Assembly (NCBI GenBank): GCA_977017645.1
Contig: OZ360234.1
Span: 55,366,001 to 55,430,000, forward strand
Length of the DNA stretch: 64,000 bases
Direction of reading: 5' to 3'
Source: Torpedo marmorata
Lineage: Eukaryota
The notes under the pieces were generated by a model. The model did no database searches. It saw only the letters and a program-made list of their open reading frames with translations, and was not told the DNA's origin. The first letter of the stretch is position 1, and every line of letters starts with the position of its first letter. Of this stretch, positions 12,577-25,870 are shown piece by piece. The position numbers and the translations under genes are program-made.

Positions 12577-13056
12577 GTAAGCCATGCAAAACAAAACTAA
12601 CTGAGAGGCTGTTTGGTAAAGACATTACAAAATTTGTAATGTCTTTACAATTGAGCTATGGTTCTAATATATCTTGGTTTTTAAAATTTGACTTTTACAA
12701 AAAGCTTTCAAACCTTGACAGATGAACACCATCTTGCAGTTATATTAACCCACTTATTGCATAGCATTTTTGAATTATGTAAATATGCGCTGAAAGAAGT
12801 GTGCATTCAGCCACTGTTGGATTGAGATCACTGAGCAATGCTTAACCTAATGCTAACCACACTGTTTGAGGAACTCAGCAGGTCAAGCAGCATCAGTGGG
12901 AGAAAAAAATTGTCAATGTTTTGAGCTGAAACGCTTTATGGGGAAATGTAAAAGATTAGCCAGTTTAGAGGACCGAGGGGGAGGTGAAAGATGATTGGCA
13001 GATGCCAGACGAAGTGAGAGAGAGACAAGAAAAACAAGGGTGTCAGTTAGAGGAAG

Positions 13057-14180
13057 ATGCTTGACTGATCTGACTTAAAAATGCTGAGGCTATATTTTAG
13101 GAGGCCAAAACATTAATGGAATATTTCTGCCTCACCTCTGCTGCAGTGAGCCAACCTAATATTGAAATCTCTGCACAGTGTTAAACTGGTTAGTTATTTA
13201 AATTCATGACAGGCATGAAATCAATTGCTAATTTAAGAGTCTCTTAGATAAGCACATGGATGCAAGAAAAAATGGAGGGTTGTGGGCTGTGAGGTTGGGA
13301 AGTTAGATTGATGGTGGAGTATGTTTATATAGGTTGGCACAATATTGTGGACAAAAGGGCCTGTACTTTGCTGGATTGTTCCATGTCGTGCAGAAAGAAA
13401 CACAGTTAATGCTTTGGGATAGTGACTTTTCTGATTGAAAACTGATGCATTGATGAGGGCGGCACGGTTGACATAGCGGTTATCGCAACGCCTTTACAGC
13501 ACCAGCGATCGGGACCAGGGTTCGAATCCCGCACTGTCTGTAAGGAGTTTGTATGTTCTCCCCGTGTCTGCGTGGGTTTTCCCCGGAGGCTCCGGTTTCC
13601 TCCCACCGTTCGAAACGTACCGGGGGTGTAGGTTAATTGGGTGTAAATTGAACGGCATGGACTCGTGGGCCGAAATGGCCTGTTATCGTGCTGTATATCT
13701 CAATTTTTTTTTAATTAACTCTTCACAGAAACTGTTAGGGCTGATGAGCATTTCCTGTGTTTTCTGTTGTATTGTGTATTTACTGAATTTGCAGTATTTT
13801 GATTTTTGGCTTGCACTTTACATGAAGTGTACAAGTACAGAACAATGCTCATGCAATCCAGGTGCTGAAAGAAGCTGCTATTTATTTTTGTAAATCGCTG
13901 TTAAGTTGTCAGAGAGCTGCTTTGGTTGACTTCCTGGTGTAGTTCTCAAGTGACAGTAACAGAGCAACAAAAATGATCCAGTAATTTCTCTGAATTGTAA
14001 AATTATAGCAATTGATTTCATGCCTGTCATGAATTTAAATAACTAACAAGTTTAACACTGCACACAGATTTCAATGATAGGTTGGCTGGCTGCAGTAGAG
14101 GTGAGGCAGAAATATTCCATTAACGATTTGGCCTCCTAAAATTTGCCTCAGCATTTTTTTAAGTCAGATCAGATAAGCAT
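13057..14180. repeat. Long inverted repeat, arms ~13057-13230 and ~14006-14180
   Basis: Arms align as reverse complements by eye with few mismatches. Confidence 0.9.
13457..13716 (+). mobile_element. V-SINE
   Basis: B-box GGTTCGAATCC, V-domain and tail near-identical to other copies. Confidence 0.9.
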
Positions 14181-14255
14181 ATTCAGAACAAGCATCAGTT
14201 TACAATTCAGAAGGAAGTTTCTTTTGTTTCCTAATAAATGTCCAATTAAAGGTGC

Positions 14256-14519
14256 AGTTAAATTTTTTAAATTTTAGACATACAGCACAGTAACGGGTCA
14301 TTTTGGCCCATGAGTCCGTGCCGCCCAATTTACACCCAATTAACCTACCCCCCTGGTACGTTTCGAACAGTGGGAGGAAACCGGAGCCCCCGGAGGAAAC
14401 CCACGCTGACACGGGGAGAACGTACAAACTCCTTACAGACAGCGTGGGATTCGAACCCCGTCCTGATCGCTGACACTGTAAAGGCGTTACACTAACTGCT
14501 ACGTCAAACGTGCTGCCCC
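14256..14519 (-). mobile_element. V-SINE
   Basis: Reverse complement of the 13457 copy. Confidence 0.9.
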
Positions 14520-14924
14520 AGTTGAAAGAAAAGAGAAGAGAACAGTGTTGATGAAATGAAACCAATAGCTTTTTCATGGAAAAATTGGGTAGTAGGCAAG
14601 AATGTAAAATGTGCAGAAAAATATTCATTTTATCTGCAACGTTAAAAATGAACAGTTCAATCAACAGGTGTTTATAGAAAATAACTTTTTTTTTTACTGG
14701 TCTTGATCCAAAATGTAGCCTGATCTACATTTTAAGTTGGGATGTCATTATAAGCACCCATTTCTCAGGCAATTATCTAAAACATTTGCAGTACATCTTA
14801 TCACATTTTGTTACCCTGACTTTTCAACAGCATGGATAGACATTTAAAGTGCAAAATAAAATTTTCTTGTTGGTTAGAGTTTGGGATGGAGCATCAGTCT
14901 ATCCTTTCCAAACAAAATATGTCC

Positions 14925-15962
14925 CTGAACCTGAATGCAATACATTGGCCTGGCCCTATACTCAGTCCTGGAATACAAAGATACCTATGTCAAACTACTA
15001 TTTATCGATTCCAGCTCTGCTTTCAACACAAGATTGGTGACAGCACCTCCTTCACGATCATCCTTGATACCAGACCACCACAAGGCTGTGCACTCAGTCC
15101 GCTATTATACTCACTGTACATCAACGACTTTATGGCTAAACACTGGTCTAATTCCATCTATAAATTGGCAGGTGACGCCTCTGTCGCAGGCAGGATCTCT
15201 AACATTGGCGAAATGGAGTACAGAAGAGAGATAGAGGGACTTGTAGCTTGGCGCCAGGACAATAACCTCTTCCCTTAATGTCAGCTGGCTATGGACCTCC
15301 TGAGGATGGGCAAAACTCACTCCCCAGTCCATATCAATTGTGCCAAGGTGGAGATAATAGATGACTTTAAATTCCTCAGGGTAAACATCTCCAGTGACTT
15401 ATCCTGGTCCACTTGCATTGATGCAGTGGCCAAGAAAGCGCACCAGGGCCTTGACTTCCTCAGAAGCCTGAGGAAATTTGGCATGTTGCCAGCATCCCTT
15501 GACAACTTCTACAGGCATACTAAGGAAAGCATCCTAACATGGTACATCATTGCATGGTATAGGAAATGCCCTGCCCAAGACTGCAAGAAACTGCAGAGGG
15601 CTGTAAACAGCTCAGTCCATCTTACAGACCCCTTCCCCTCCTTGGACTCCATCCACAAATTCCCACTGCCTTGGGAAAGCAGCGAACATATGAAAAGACT
15701 CCCGGCGCACTCTCTTCACCCTACTCCTGTCAGGGATTCATAAATGTGAGATTACTCACCGCCAGATTCAAGGGCAGTTTCATCATCAGACGACTGAATG
15801 AATTCCAAAAGATTAAAGTTATGTTGCTTTTTTCTGTACCAACTGATCTCTCTCTGTAACTCTGCACTGTCTGTCTCGCACTATGTATGAGATGTCCATT
15901 GGTCTGCTCGCAAAAACAATATCACTGCATTTTCGATACATTTGACAATTAACTTGAACTTG
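14925..15962 (+). mobile_element. Degraded Rex1/Babar LINE
   Basis: RT remnants (PQGCALSPLLYSLY..KLAGD), NISSDLSW..KKAHQ.L.FLRSLRKF, (ACTTGA)n tail. Confidence 0.85.
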
Positions 15963-16433
15963 AGTTTATAATGGAAGACAGAAGATCCTGCATTTTATTC
16001 AAATGCTCATGCACTTAAGTGGACCTCAATCTGCTACCATTAAATGTAACTTTCATGTTTTATTTATATTTGTGAATGCTTGATTTCATCTTGATACTAC
16101 TCCAAAGTATCCAATGAGTCGTACTCAAACTTTACATTGCTGTCACTTTCCTAGGAGGGGAGAGAGAGTTTAGAGCAGAATGAAAAGCCCCCAGGATTGC
16201 AGACATGTCAGCACTTCCAATTATTTGTATTCGAGTTCTTTAATATTTTAGTTTATCCTTGCCAATTTTAGCTGTATGATCTGTATCTTGATTTTAGTGT
16301 AATTAATTGAAACAGAATATGTGCTTTTAATTTTGTATCCTGCTTTGCTTTAGCATATTTGGTAAGAGGAAAATGGATAAAATTGTTATGAATTAAACTG
16401 ATTTTCTAAAATCGTTTTTCGTGTTGCTTACAG

Positions 16434-16580
16434 GTCGTGACCTTTTTGCACACCATGCTGTTGGCTGAGAAACTTGAATTTGGTACTGCTTTAATCGTTT
16501 GCCCACTTAACACTGTTCTTAATTGGATCAATGAATTTTCAAAATGGCAAGAAGGACTAGATGATGATGAATGCTTAGAG
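16434..16580 (+). CDS. ATRX: ATRX exon, motif Ia (VVTFLHT..ALIVCPLNTVLNWINEFSKWQEGL..LE)
   Basis: ttacag acceptor, GAG|gtattt donor, 147 nt. Confidence 0.97.
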
Positions 16581-17324
16581 GTATTTTTTCTAGATTTATT
16601 TTTAGCTTTGAGTTTTCTTTTCGTCATATTTTGTAGATGGCATTGGATTAAAATGCAAAATCTCGGATTATCTTGATTCTATCCTATTCCTGATGATCAA
16701 CTGCAAATCAAATCACATTTTGAAACCACTAGTATGATAAAAATTTTGATTTATAAATCTAAATACATTTTAAAATATTTCATTTGTAAGGGACCTTTAA
16801 TATTATGTGAATCAGTTGAAATATTGGGGAAATTTGCAACCAACTTTTGTCAGTATTAGATTTATAATTGTGGATTTATGGATCCTCCCTTATTTGAAAC
16901 CACTTTCTCCACATCTTCCTGTCTGATCCATTCGTAAGTAACTTGCAATAATGTATTTTTTAAAGTTTACATAAAACAATTATCTCTCAGAATTGTATAT
17001 CTTTTGAGCAGAATGTTAACTTATTTATTGCTTTTGGATGACCTTGGTACCATGTAAAGTGCTGGAGTTTAATTATCATTTGGTTCAGCTGTTTTTGCAG
17101 AAGTTTTTACATTAGCAAGTTACCCTGATGTGTTAATAATGTGTCGTGTTGTTACACAATTTAAAATGTCGGTGTTATATCCCTTGTATTTTATTCAGGG
17201 GCCCTTTCAATTTTGTAATTTTTGTAACTGTTACAATAGGTTTTGTACATCTTTCATTATAAATCCTTGGCCAGGATTTTGCCAGATGTTCAGCAATATA
17301 GTTCTGTTTTATTCTGTCTTAAAG

Positions 17325-17502
17325 GTAAATGAATTAGCGACGGTTAAGCGTCCTCAGGAGCGATCCTACCTTCTTGAAAGATGGATGGAGGATGGAGGTG
17401 TCATGGTTCTCGGTTACGAAATGTATCGTAATCTTGCACAAGGCAGAAATGTGAAGAGCAGAAAGATGAAAGAAATATTCCAGAAGACTTTAGTAAACCC
17501 CG
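17325..17502 (+). CDS. ATRX: ATRX exon (VNELATVKRPQERSY..GYEMYRNLAQGRNVKSRK..LVNP)
   Basis: cttaaag acceptor, G|gtaagg donor, 178 nt. Confidence 0.97.
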
Positions 17503-17546
17503 GTAAGGACTATTTTGATGTTTTTCCCCTTGCAATCTTTCAATTA

Positions 17547-17961
17547 CAGGTATACCCCTCTTTATGAAACTAGAGCGTTCCTACGGAACCTTTCGTAAGC
17601 TGAAATGGCGTGAAGCGATTGCCATTGATTCTATGGGAAAAATTTTTGAGCGTTCCCAGACCCAAAAAATAACCCACCAAATCATACCAAACAACACATA
17701 AACCCTAAAATAACACTAACATGATAAATACACAGCCTATATAAAGTAGAAATAATGTATGTACAGTGTAGTTTCTTACCAGAATCAGGAAGACAGCGAG
17801 TTTTGACCGCCCCGCCGACCGCCCAGTCGGCCACGCGCTAACAGCTTGGTGCTGTATGTCTACATTTTTTTTTTAATTTAAATTTTTAAAAATTCCACCG
17901 GCCGCTTTTTCGTAAAAGAGAATTTTTGTAATTCGAGTATTCGTAAAGCAGGGTATACCTG
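17547..17961. mobile_element. Tigger/pogo-type MITE
   Basis: TIRs CAGGTATACCC..CTTTA.GAA flanked by TA on both sides; 44 nt downstream of an ATRX donor. Confidence 0.85.
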
Positions 17962-18247
17962 TACATGATGTCACTTGTGTGCAGATCCATATTGCACAGG
18001 ATGTGCATTGGGCTGTTTAGAGCTTGAGCCTGTTTCACCAATCATTTAGATCATGGTTAGCTTAACTCCAGATAACATTTCAGAATATTCCTCAGTACAT
18101 TTTGTTAACAACAATCTCTCCACGTGGTGTGGTTTAATTTTGATTAAAACACATCATGGCCTCCAAAGCAAACTGCATCCTTAAGATGTCTTGCCCAAAA
18201 ATATGCTCAGTATTTCAGGTGTGGTGTAACGTGGTGTTTTCCTGTTA

Positions 18248-18920
18248 TAGAACATAGAAATCTGCAGCACAGTACAGACCCTTTGGCCCATGGTGTTGTG
18301 CTGACCTAATAACAACTGACTAGAAGTTTCCTATTACATAACTCTATTTTTCTCAGCTCCATGTATCTATCTAATAGTCTCTTAAAATATCATATCGTAC
18401 CTGCCTCCTCCACTGTTGCCGGCAGCGCATTCCAAAAACGTACTTCTTGCATCCCCCCTGTACTTGCTTTCAAACACCTAAAAAATATGCCTCTTCTTGT
18501 TAGCCATTTCAGCCCTGAGAAAAAGCCTCTGGCCTTCCACACTATCAATACCTCTCATCATCTTGTACACCTCTGTCAGGTCACTCCTCATCCTCCATTG
18601 CTCCAAGGAGAAAAGACAAATTTCACTCAACCTACTCTCATAAGGCATGCTCTCCAATCCAAGCAACATCTTGTAAATCTCCTCTGCACTCTCTCAATAA
18701 CATCCTCATCTTTCCTGTAGTGAGATAACCAGAACTGAACACAATATTCCAAGTGGGTGTAACTAAGATTTGTATTGTTGCAACATTACCTCACGGCTCT
18801 TGAATTCAATCCCGCAGTTAATGAAGGCCAACACACCTTTCACCTTCTTAACACTATTAACCTGTGCAGCATCTTTGAGTGTCCTATGGAAACTGACCCC
18901 AAGGTCACTCAGTTCCCCCA
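18248..18920 (-). mobile_element. CR1 LINE 3' fragment
   Basis: YESRL..LFSLEQWRMRSDLTEVYKMMRG; CR1 3' tail. Confidence 0.85.
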
Positions 18921-19004
18921 CACCTGGGTTCAAGTTCTGATATTATCCAAGGGATACTGTTTTTGATGCAACTTAACTGCAGTTTAATGGTTTGTTAAGC
19001 ATTC

Positions 19005-19430
19005 ATAACACTCCTGAATCTTGAGTCCTGATCCAGAGTCTAAAGCTAAACAACTCCCATATTTCTCGCAACATAAAGGCCCATTGAGTCTCTGATGTTC
19101 TATCAGTCCAGAACACTTTTTTGAGTGTTGCATTGTTGTTCTCTTTCAGACAAGGTTTTAAACTAAGGTGCCTTGTTTCTGAATGTAAAGATCTCATGGT
19201 ACCTATGAAGAGCAGAGGAGTTGTCCATGCTGTATTGGTCAATATTTATCCCTTTATCTTGTTTTCTACAGCAGGTTATCTGATTTTTATCATATTGTTA
19301 TTTATTCGAGGATGTGTGCAACATGGCTGCTGCTACTCCTACATTCTAATTTATGTCTTAAAAAATTAAGTACTTCGTTAAGCTGTGAAGTACTTTTGAT
19401 GTTTTCTCGGAAAGGCAAATTAAATATACC
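19005..19430 (+). mobile_element. Ancient DeuSINE (SacSINE1/AmnSINE1-like) remnant
   Basis: Colinear degenerate matches to the Deu-domain as recalled (GTAAAGATCTCATGG..GAAGAGCAG..CAATATTTATCCC..TGGCTGC..CCTACATT..AAGTACTTC..GAAAGGC). Confidence 0.65.
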
Positions 19431-21489
19431 CTATAATTGCCAGTTTGTTTTTCACCAGATCTGATTAACAAAGTTGAGGAAAGTTATTCCTTGCATCTTG
19501 TGGTAATCATTTTTTCAAAATACCACCACAAAAATTGCAATTCTTGCCATTTCATTTGTCAATACGTGAACAAACATTTTTACAGGAATGCGATCATAGA
19601 TCCCAAATTATCAGTCACAAGTCTTCATTTTGGTTGTATAGATCTGCTCTTCACATTTCATAAACTTTTGACTTCTCTCATGGTTGATAAAACAAGTAGT
19701 TCCACAAAGAATTTAAAGCTTATCATAAAGTTGGTGTTATGCAGTGTTACTTAGCACCACTTGTTACAGTATCCTGTAGCCATGTAAATCATCCCAAATA
19801 TTTTGATTATTTATGTGATAATTATGTACTGTGTGTTTTTGTGTGTGCACCATGGTCTGGAGAGATGCTGTTTCATCGGGTTGTATAGGTAAAAAATATG
19901 ATAATAAATTTGAACTTATTCTGTATTTATAATTTTTCATTCTCCAGTTATGGTATGATATTTTTTAAAAATTCAATTTTAAAAATTGATTTTTTTTTTT
20001 GTGTGCATTTTGCAGTATATTGATTTTCTTCAATGCTGCAGGTTAATGGGTAGCAATATTTATCTCTACAAGGTTGTTAAGAAACATTCCTTTGCTATAC
20101 ATCAGGGAGGCAATTGTTCTGACTTCATTACAATTCTTAGAAAATAAAAAGTAAAAGTTGAACAAAATTGTCTTCGATGGCCAGGAAAATATAATTATAT
20201 AAACTTTAAAATATTGAACAAGTTATCCAACTTTGTTTGCCAGTGGCTGTAGCTGGGAGGGATGTTAACATCAATTTATAATTGCAAATGGTTGCCAGAT
20301 TGCAGTAACTTTTGTAATGATCTTCATCTCCAAAAGGTCAGCTGGTTCTTATCTTGAAATTTTGACTTTTTCAAAAAAGTGTTTTTAACCACACAAACTT
20401 TTTGAACTCTTAAAAGTAATCGGTCTGTTTAAACTTGATTGCTATATTGCTTTTCTTTGGCCATGTTGGCTTTTAGATACAGATTTTGTTTGAACAATAG
20501 ATTTTCATTTTACTTTCCTTTCCCCAGACCATCCTTGTCCATCAAATTATGTTTTTCTTTTTTTTTTCTTTCATTAACCTTCATAATAGAACAATGAGTT
20601 GTTTTTTTTATATTGGAATTCTGTGGATTGTTATGCCTGAAATTTAACAAGGGAATGCAAAATATAGGACTCCCTTCCAACCTCCTATGCCCATGCCAAA
20701 TCATCATTTTTGTTTTGATTAAAGAAGTATTGTCTTTTCATTTCATCTAATTTGGTATATAATAATTTGAAGCGTGTATGCCATACCTCTTCAAATATCA
20801 GTGTATGAAATATTAGAATTGATTTCATAATCTGGTGTTTATAAACCAAAATTGCAGCTAAATTTGTTTTTCCAGTTACAGCATTATTGAAATGGAACAT
20901 TGGTTTCTGTTATCTGGAGTGGGCCATAAGGAGGTTGGCAGAGGGTAGAGAGAGGAAGAAGGGTGTGGACTGTGCTGCAAGCTGCCAAATGTTGATTGCA
21001 TGTTGATGCATAGTAGTTGTGAAATGACATGCAAATAAGCAATATTTAATGCAGTAAACAAAAGTGCTGGTGAAACTCAGCAGGTCACGCAGCATCCATA
21101 GGAAGTAAAAGGCAGTCGATGGTTCAGGCATGAGCCCTTAGGAGTCGAGTAATTTCAGTTTGTCAATGTTTAATAATGGGGCTAATAGGACCATGAGGGA
21201 TTCGTGTCAGTATTTGATATGTGAGGGTGCAGGGGGAGACAGTAATTTTATGAAAGGTTTAATTTGAAATCTTGTACTTAACCTAGACCCTAAACTGCAT
21301 GAAAAATGGCTGCTTGCTGACAAGTGGGATGTAGCACATTGCCACTTAGTGGCTAAAGAATAAAATTACACAAGTAAAATTTTGATCTTGGTTCTATGTA
21401 GCATGAAATTGCTGCTGCTTTAGAACCTAAGAGGGGGGGGGGTGGAATTACCAAAGCACCATCTGGAGGTTTAATATGAGGAGCAAGTA

Positions 21490-22270
21490 TTTGTCAGTTG
21501 TTGGCTGAACAACCGGAAATGATGATTCAATACAGAAGGGAGATAGAGAACCTGGATCGGTGGTGCCAGAACAGCAGTCTTGCTCTGAGTCACCAAGACC
21601 AAGGAGCTTGTTGATTTTAGGAAGGAGAGGAGACCACAGACCTGTCTGCATTGATGGGACTGAGGTGGAGAGGGATAGAACCTTCAAGTTCCTGGGAGTC
21701 CTGGATTTCAGAAAACCTTTCCCGGAGCCAGCACATTGGGGCATCCATGAAGGAGGTACACCAACGTCTCTACTTTCATTGGAGTCAGTGAGAAGATTTG
21801 GCATGTAGTGAAATACTCTTATCAATCTACTGTAGGTGCACTGTGGAATGTATACTGACTGGTTGCATCACAGCCTGACTTGGTAATTTGACTGCCGAGG
21901 AATGCAAAAAGCTCCAGAAGGTAACATGGCCAAGTCCATCACATGCTCCGACCTCACATCCATTGAATGCATGTATATTAGGCGCTGCTTCAAGAAGACA
22001 GCCAACATCTTAAAAAACCCCCATCACCATGGTCACAACCTCTTCTTACTGCTACCTTCAGGCAGAAGGTATGGAAGCCTGAAGACCAGCACCTTTAGGT
22101 TCAAGAACAGTTACTTTCCGACAGCTATCAGGTTCTTGAATCTCCCCTTGTTAAACATATCGGGGAGTGCTATGACACCACCAAAGGATTGTCTGTGCTA
22201 TTGCAAAGTCACATTTTATACCAGGATGACTGAATATTTATCTTTTTTTTTTTGTACTGTCTCTTTAAAT
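21490..22270 (+). mobile_element. Degraded Rex1/Babar LINE
   Basis: IDGTEVER..FKFLGV; RRCFKKTANILKNPHH..LLPSGRRY..RFKNSYFP. Confidence 0.85.
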
Positions 22271-22297
22271 CTATTAAGTATGCTTTTGGTTGCTTTT

Positions 22298-22640
22298 AGT
22301 GCAATGCTGGAGAAACTAGGCAGGTCATACAGCATCTATAGGAAGCAAAGGGTAACCAACATTTCGGGACTGAGCCCTTTGTCAAGGTAGGAGCATAAAG
22401 CAGGCAGGCGCCTGAATAAAATGGTGGGGAGAGGAGGGAAGAAGGGGCAGGGGGAGGGACATAGGCCAACAGGCAAGCAGTCATAGGTGTGTATGGGTGG
22501 GAGGGCAGAAAAGCTGAGAAGTGATAGAGAGAGGGGATAGCTTTCTGAATAAAGAAAGATGCTGCTTGACCTGCTGGGTTTCTCCAGCACTTTTGTGTAT
22601 TGCACTACAGTCACAGCATCTGCAGAATTTCCTGTTTAAC
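22298..22640. mobile_element. Penelope fragment with an inverted partial pseudo-LTR
   Basis: ATGCTGGAGAAACT..GCAGGTCA..CAGCATCT at ~22303 is mirrored at ~22557-22590; hammerhead-like core at ~22352-22390 (-). Confidence 0.72.
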
Positions 22641-22645
22641 TAGTT

Positions 22646-22790
22646 CAGTGATTCTCAACCTTTTTTTCACTCACGTGCCACCTTAAGTAATCCCTTACTA
22701 ACCACAGAGCACCTATGGGATAGGATTGTGGTTAGTAATGGATACTTAAGGTGGTATGCGAGTTGGGGAAAAAAGGGTTGAAAGCCACTG
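22646..22790. mobile_element. hAT MITE (145 bp)
   Basis: TIRs CAGTGATTCTCAACC / GGTTGAAAGCCACTG; 8-bp TSD AACTAGTT. Confidence 0.92.
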
Positions 22791-23460
22791 AACTAGTTGT
22801 TTTTGTGGAGTTTTTTTTCTGCAAAGTATCTGTTCAACTGCAGCCGGTAAAAATTTCAGTACAATAAATATGATATCTCAATACTTGCTAAAAGTTTTAC
22901 CATTTAGCCTTTCATTGCTTATTGTTACAGAAATGTTATGATCTTAATGGCTCATAAAACTTTCTTTAAAAATTCACAGTATTAATATTCGTTCATTGTA
23001 ATAGAGCTTGTCATATATTAACTATTATTGTATTGCTAGAATATATTTGTAGCTTGTATTCTACCGCATTTTTATTCAAAAATATTTTTTTTTGCCAGAA
23101 GGCATATTAATCAAAATTTCACAGTTAACTCCAGTCATATAAACTGAGGGGATAATTTGATGTGTATTTTAAATAAATGAAACTGAGGTTTGTCTTAAAA
23201 TATTTTAATTTTTTTAATGCAATTGTAGGGATTGCTTGCTAAGAATTTGTATTGGGTAAAATGATTGTGGCAAGGTGGTATCACTAATGGTTCTTAATCA
23301 ATGTCCTTGCATTATGCAAAAAATACACCATGAAACAAATGATATATTTATGAAAATTCATTACAAAGAATTTGTGTCATATTAAATTTGTGATTTAAAT
23401 CTTGGGTCCAGGGTTAACAAATGTCTTGCAGGTTATTTCAAATTACTCCTTCTCTTGCAG

Positions 23461-23598
23461 GTCCAGATTTTGTTGTCTGTGATGAAGGCCATATACTTAA
23501 AAATGAAGCTTCAGCAATATCAAAAGCAATGAATTCTATTAGAACAAAAAGGAGAATTATTCTTACAGGGACTCCATTGCAAAATAATCTTGTTGAAT
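23461..23598 (+). CDS. ATRX: ATRX exon, motifs II and III (GPDFVVCDEGHILKN..LTGTPLQNNLVE)
   Basis: cttctcttgcag acceptor, T|gtaagt donor, 138 nt; DEGH box. Confidence 0.97.
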
Positions 23599-23945
23599 GT
23601 AAGTGCATCTGTTTTATCATTGTCCCCTGAACACATTAATATCTCTCTGAATTGCAGAACCATTTTAAATTAAGTTAATCATTTCAATTTGATATGATAA
23701 ATATCACATAGAAACAAAGTTATTTGTCTAACTGGTCCATGCCAAGACATGTGCTTCAACTTTCCTTTATGCTAAAATTATGCTAAAATTGAACTTTCCC
23801 AAAATTGAACTATTAGTATAACCATCTTTTTACTTGTTTATCTACTTGGCTTTAAGTAATTGCACTAAAAATGACCTTGTTGCGTCAATTGAAATAACAT
23901 TGTGACAAGGCTGGAGGTGTAGAATCCAAAAGAAAAACAGCCTCC

Positions 23946-25870
23946 CATACATTTCATAGAAAATAGGTGCAGGAGTAGGTCATTCAGCCCTTTGAGCCTG
24001 CACTACCTTTCAATATTATTATGGAAGATCTTATGACCATAGTACCCCATCCCTGCTTTCTCTCAATACCCCATGATCCCTTTAGCCATAACTGCCAAAT
24101 CCAATTCCCTTTTGGTAGGGAATTCCACAAGTTCATGACTGGGTGAAGCAGTTTCTCAGCATCTCGATCCTAAATTGCTTACCCCTTATCCTCAGACTCT
24201 GAACCCTTGTTCTAGTCTTCCCCAGCATCAGGAGCATTCTTCCTGCCTGGTCCTGTTAGAATTTTGTTTCAAGTAGATCTTCTCTTAATCTTCTAAATTC
24301 CACTGGCTATAACCCTAGTCCAGTGGTCCTCAACGTTTTTATTTCCACTCACATACTACCTTAAGTAATCCCTTACTAACCACAGCACCTAAGGCACCTA
24401 TGTAGTTAGTAAGGGATTACTTAAGGTTGTATGTGAGTGGGGAAAATAAAGGTTGAGAACCACTGCCCTAGTCTATCCAGTCATTCTCCATACATCAGTC
24501 CTGGAAACCCAGGGGTTTGTTTGGTGAACCTTCACTGCACTTCCTCAATATCAAGAATGTTCTTCTTCAGATTAGCAGGCCAAACCTATATACTGTAACA
24601 CTGTACTCAAGGTATAACCTCATCAAGGACCTGTACAACTGCATGAATACCTCCTGCTTCTACATTCAAAACCTTTTCAAATAAAGGCCAAAGTGCTTTC
24701 TTCACTGCCTGCTTGTACCAGCATTCCAACCTCAATGCCTGGTGTGCCGTGGCATCTGGGTCTCGTTGCACATCCCCTTTTCCTAATTTATCACCATTCA
24801 GATAGTGATCTGCCTTCCTGTTATTGCCATCAAAATGCAGAATCTCATTTTTATCTACATTATACTACAGCTATCATGCATTTTCCCACTCTCCTGCAAT
24901 CTTTTGGAATCTTCCTCACAGCTTGCACTGCCAACCAGCTTTCTATTATCTGCAAACTTGGTGATATTGTATTCAATTCCTTAGTGTAGATCATTAATAT
25001 ATTTGGTAAATAGCTGGGGTTCCAGCACTGAACTTTGTGGTACCCGCCTGGTAACTGCCTGCCCATCTGAAGAGGACCCATTTATTTCAATTCTTTGCCT
25101 CCTGCTTGCTAACCAGTTCTCTATACTATGTTTTCTAATTTTGCACGGCAATTTCTCGTGTTGGACCTTTATCAAAAGCCTTTTGAAAGTCCAAATGCAC
25201 CAACTGGTTCACTGTTGTCCACTCTAGGTTTCATCTTCAAAAAAAATCTACATGATTTATCAAACATGATTTCCCTTTCATAAATTCATGCTAACTTGGA
25301 CTAATTTTGTCATTCCTCTCCAAATGCGCAGCAATGACATCTTTAATAATTGACTCCAGCATTTTCCCAGCTACTGATATCAGGCTAACTGGTCTGTAAT
25401 TGCCTGATTTTTCTCTCCTTCCTTTCTTAAAAGGAACTGATCCAGAGTGTACAGAATGTTCGAAAATAATCACTAATGCATCCACTATCACTTGGGCCAT
25501 CATCTCCTTAAGTACTCTGGAATGCAGACTATCAGGCTCTGGGGACTTTCAATGCCATTAATTTAACTAATGCAATTTCGTCAATTCCTCCTCTGTGCTA
25601 GTCCCTCTGACCTAGTATTCCCGGAATATTATGTGTATCTTCTTTAGTGAAAACCCTACCAAAGAATTTATTCAATTGGTCTGGAATTTCCTTGTTCCCC
25701 ATTATGAATTCCCCTGATTCTGACTGCAGGGCACCTACATTTGCTTTAACTAGTCTTTCTCTAAGGAAGTTTTTGCAGTCAGTTTTTATGTTCCCTGCAA
25801 GTTTACTCCCGTGTTCTATTTCCCCCTTCTAATTAGATCCTTTGTTTAATGTTAGTATATCATATGCTTG
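23946..25870 (-). mobile_element. Degraded CR1 LINE
   Basis: RT remnants (NYRPVSLISVAGKMLESII; RVPQ.SVL.PQLF..YINDL) and CR1 tail. Confidence 0.85.
24321..24465. mobile_element. hAT MITE (145 bp) nested in CR1
   Basis: TIRs CAGTGGTCCTCAAC / GTTGAGAACCACTG; 8-bp TSD CCCTAGTC. Confidence 0.92.

Noticed and set aside
13457-13535. tRNA-like sequence with GGTTCGAATCC
   Set aside because: Head of a V-SINE, continuing into the V-domain; not a tRNA gene
23421-23460. Upstream TCTTGCAG as an alternative acceptor
   Set aside because: Would add 29 nt and break the ATRX frame; no supporting evidence
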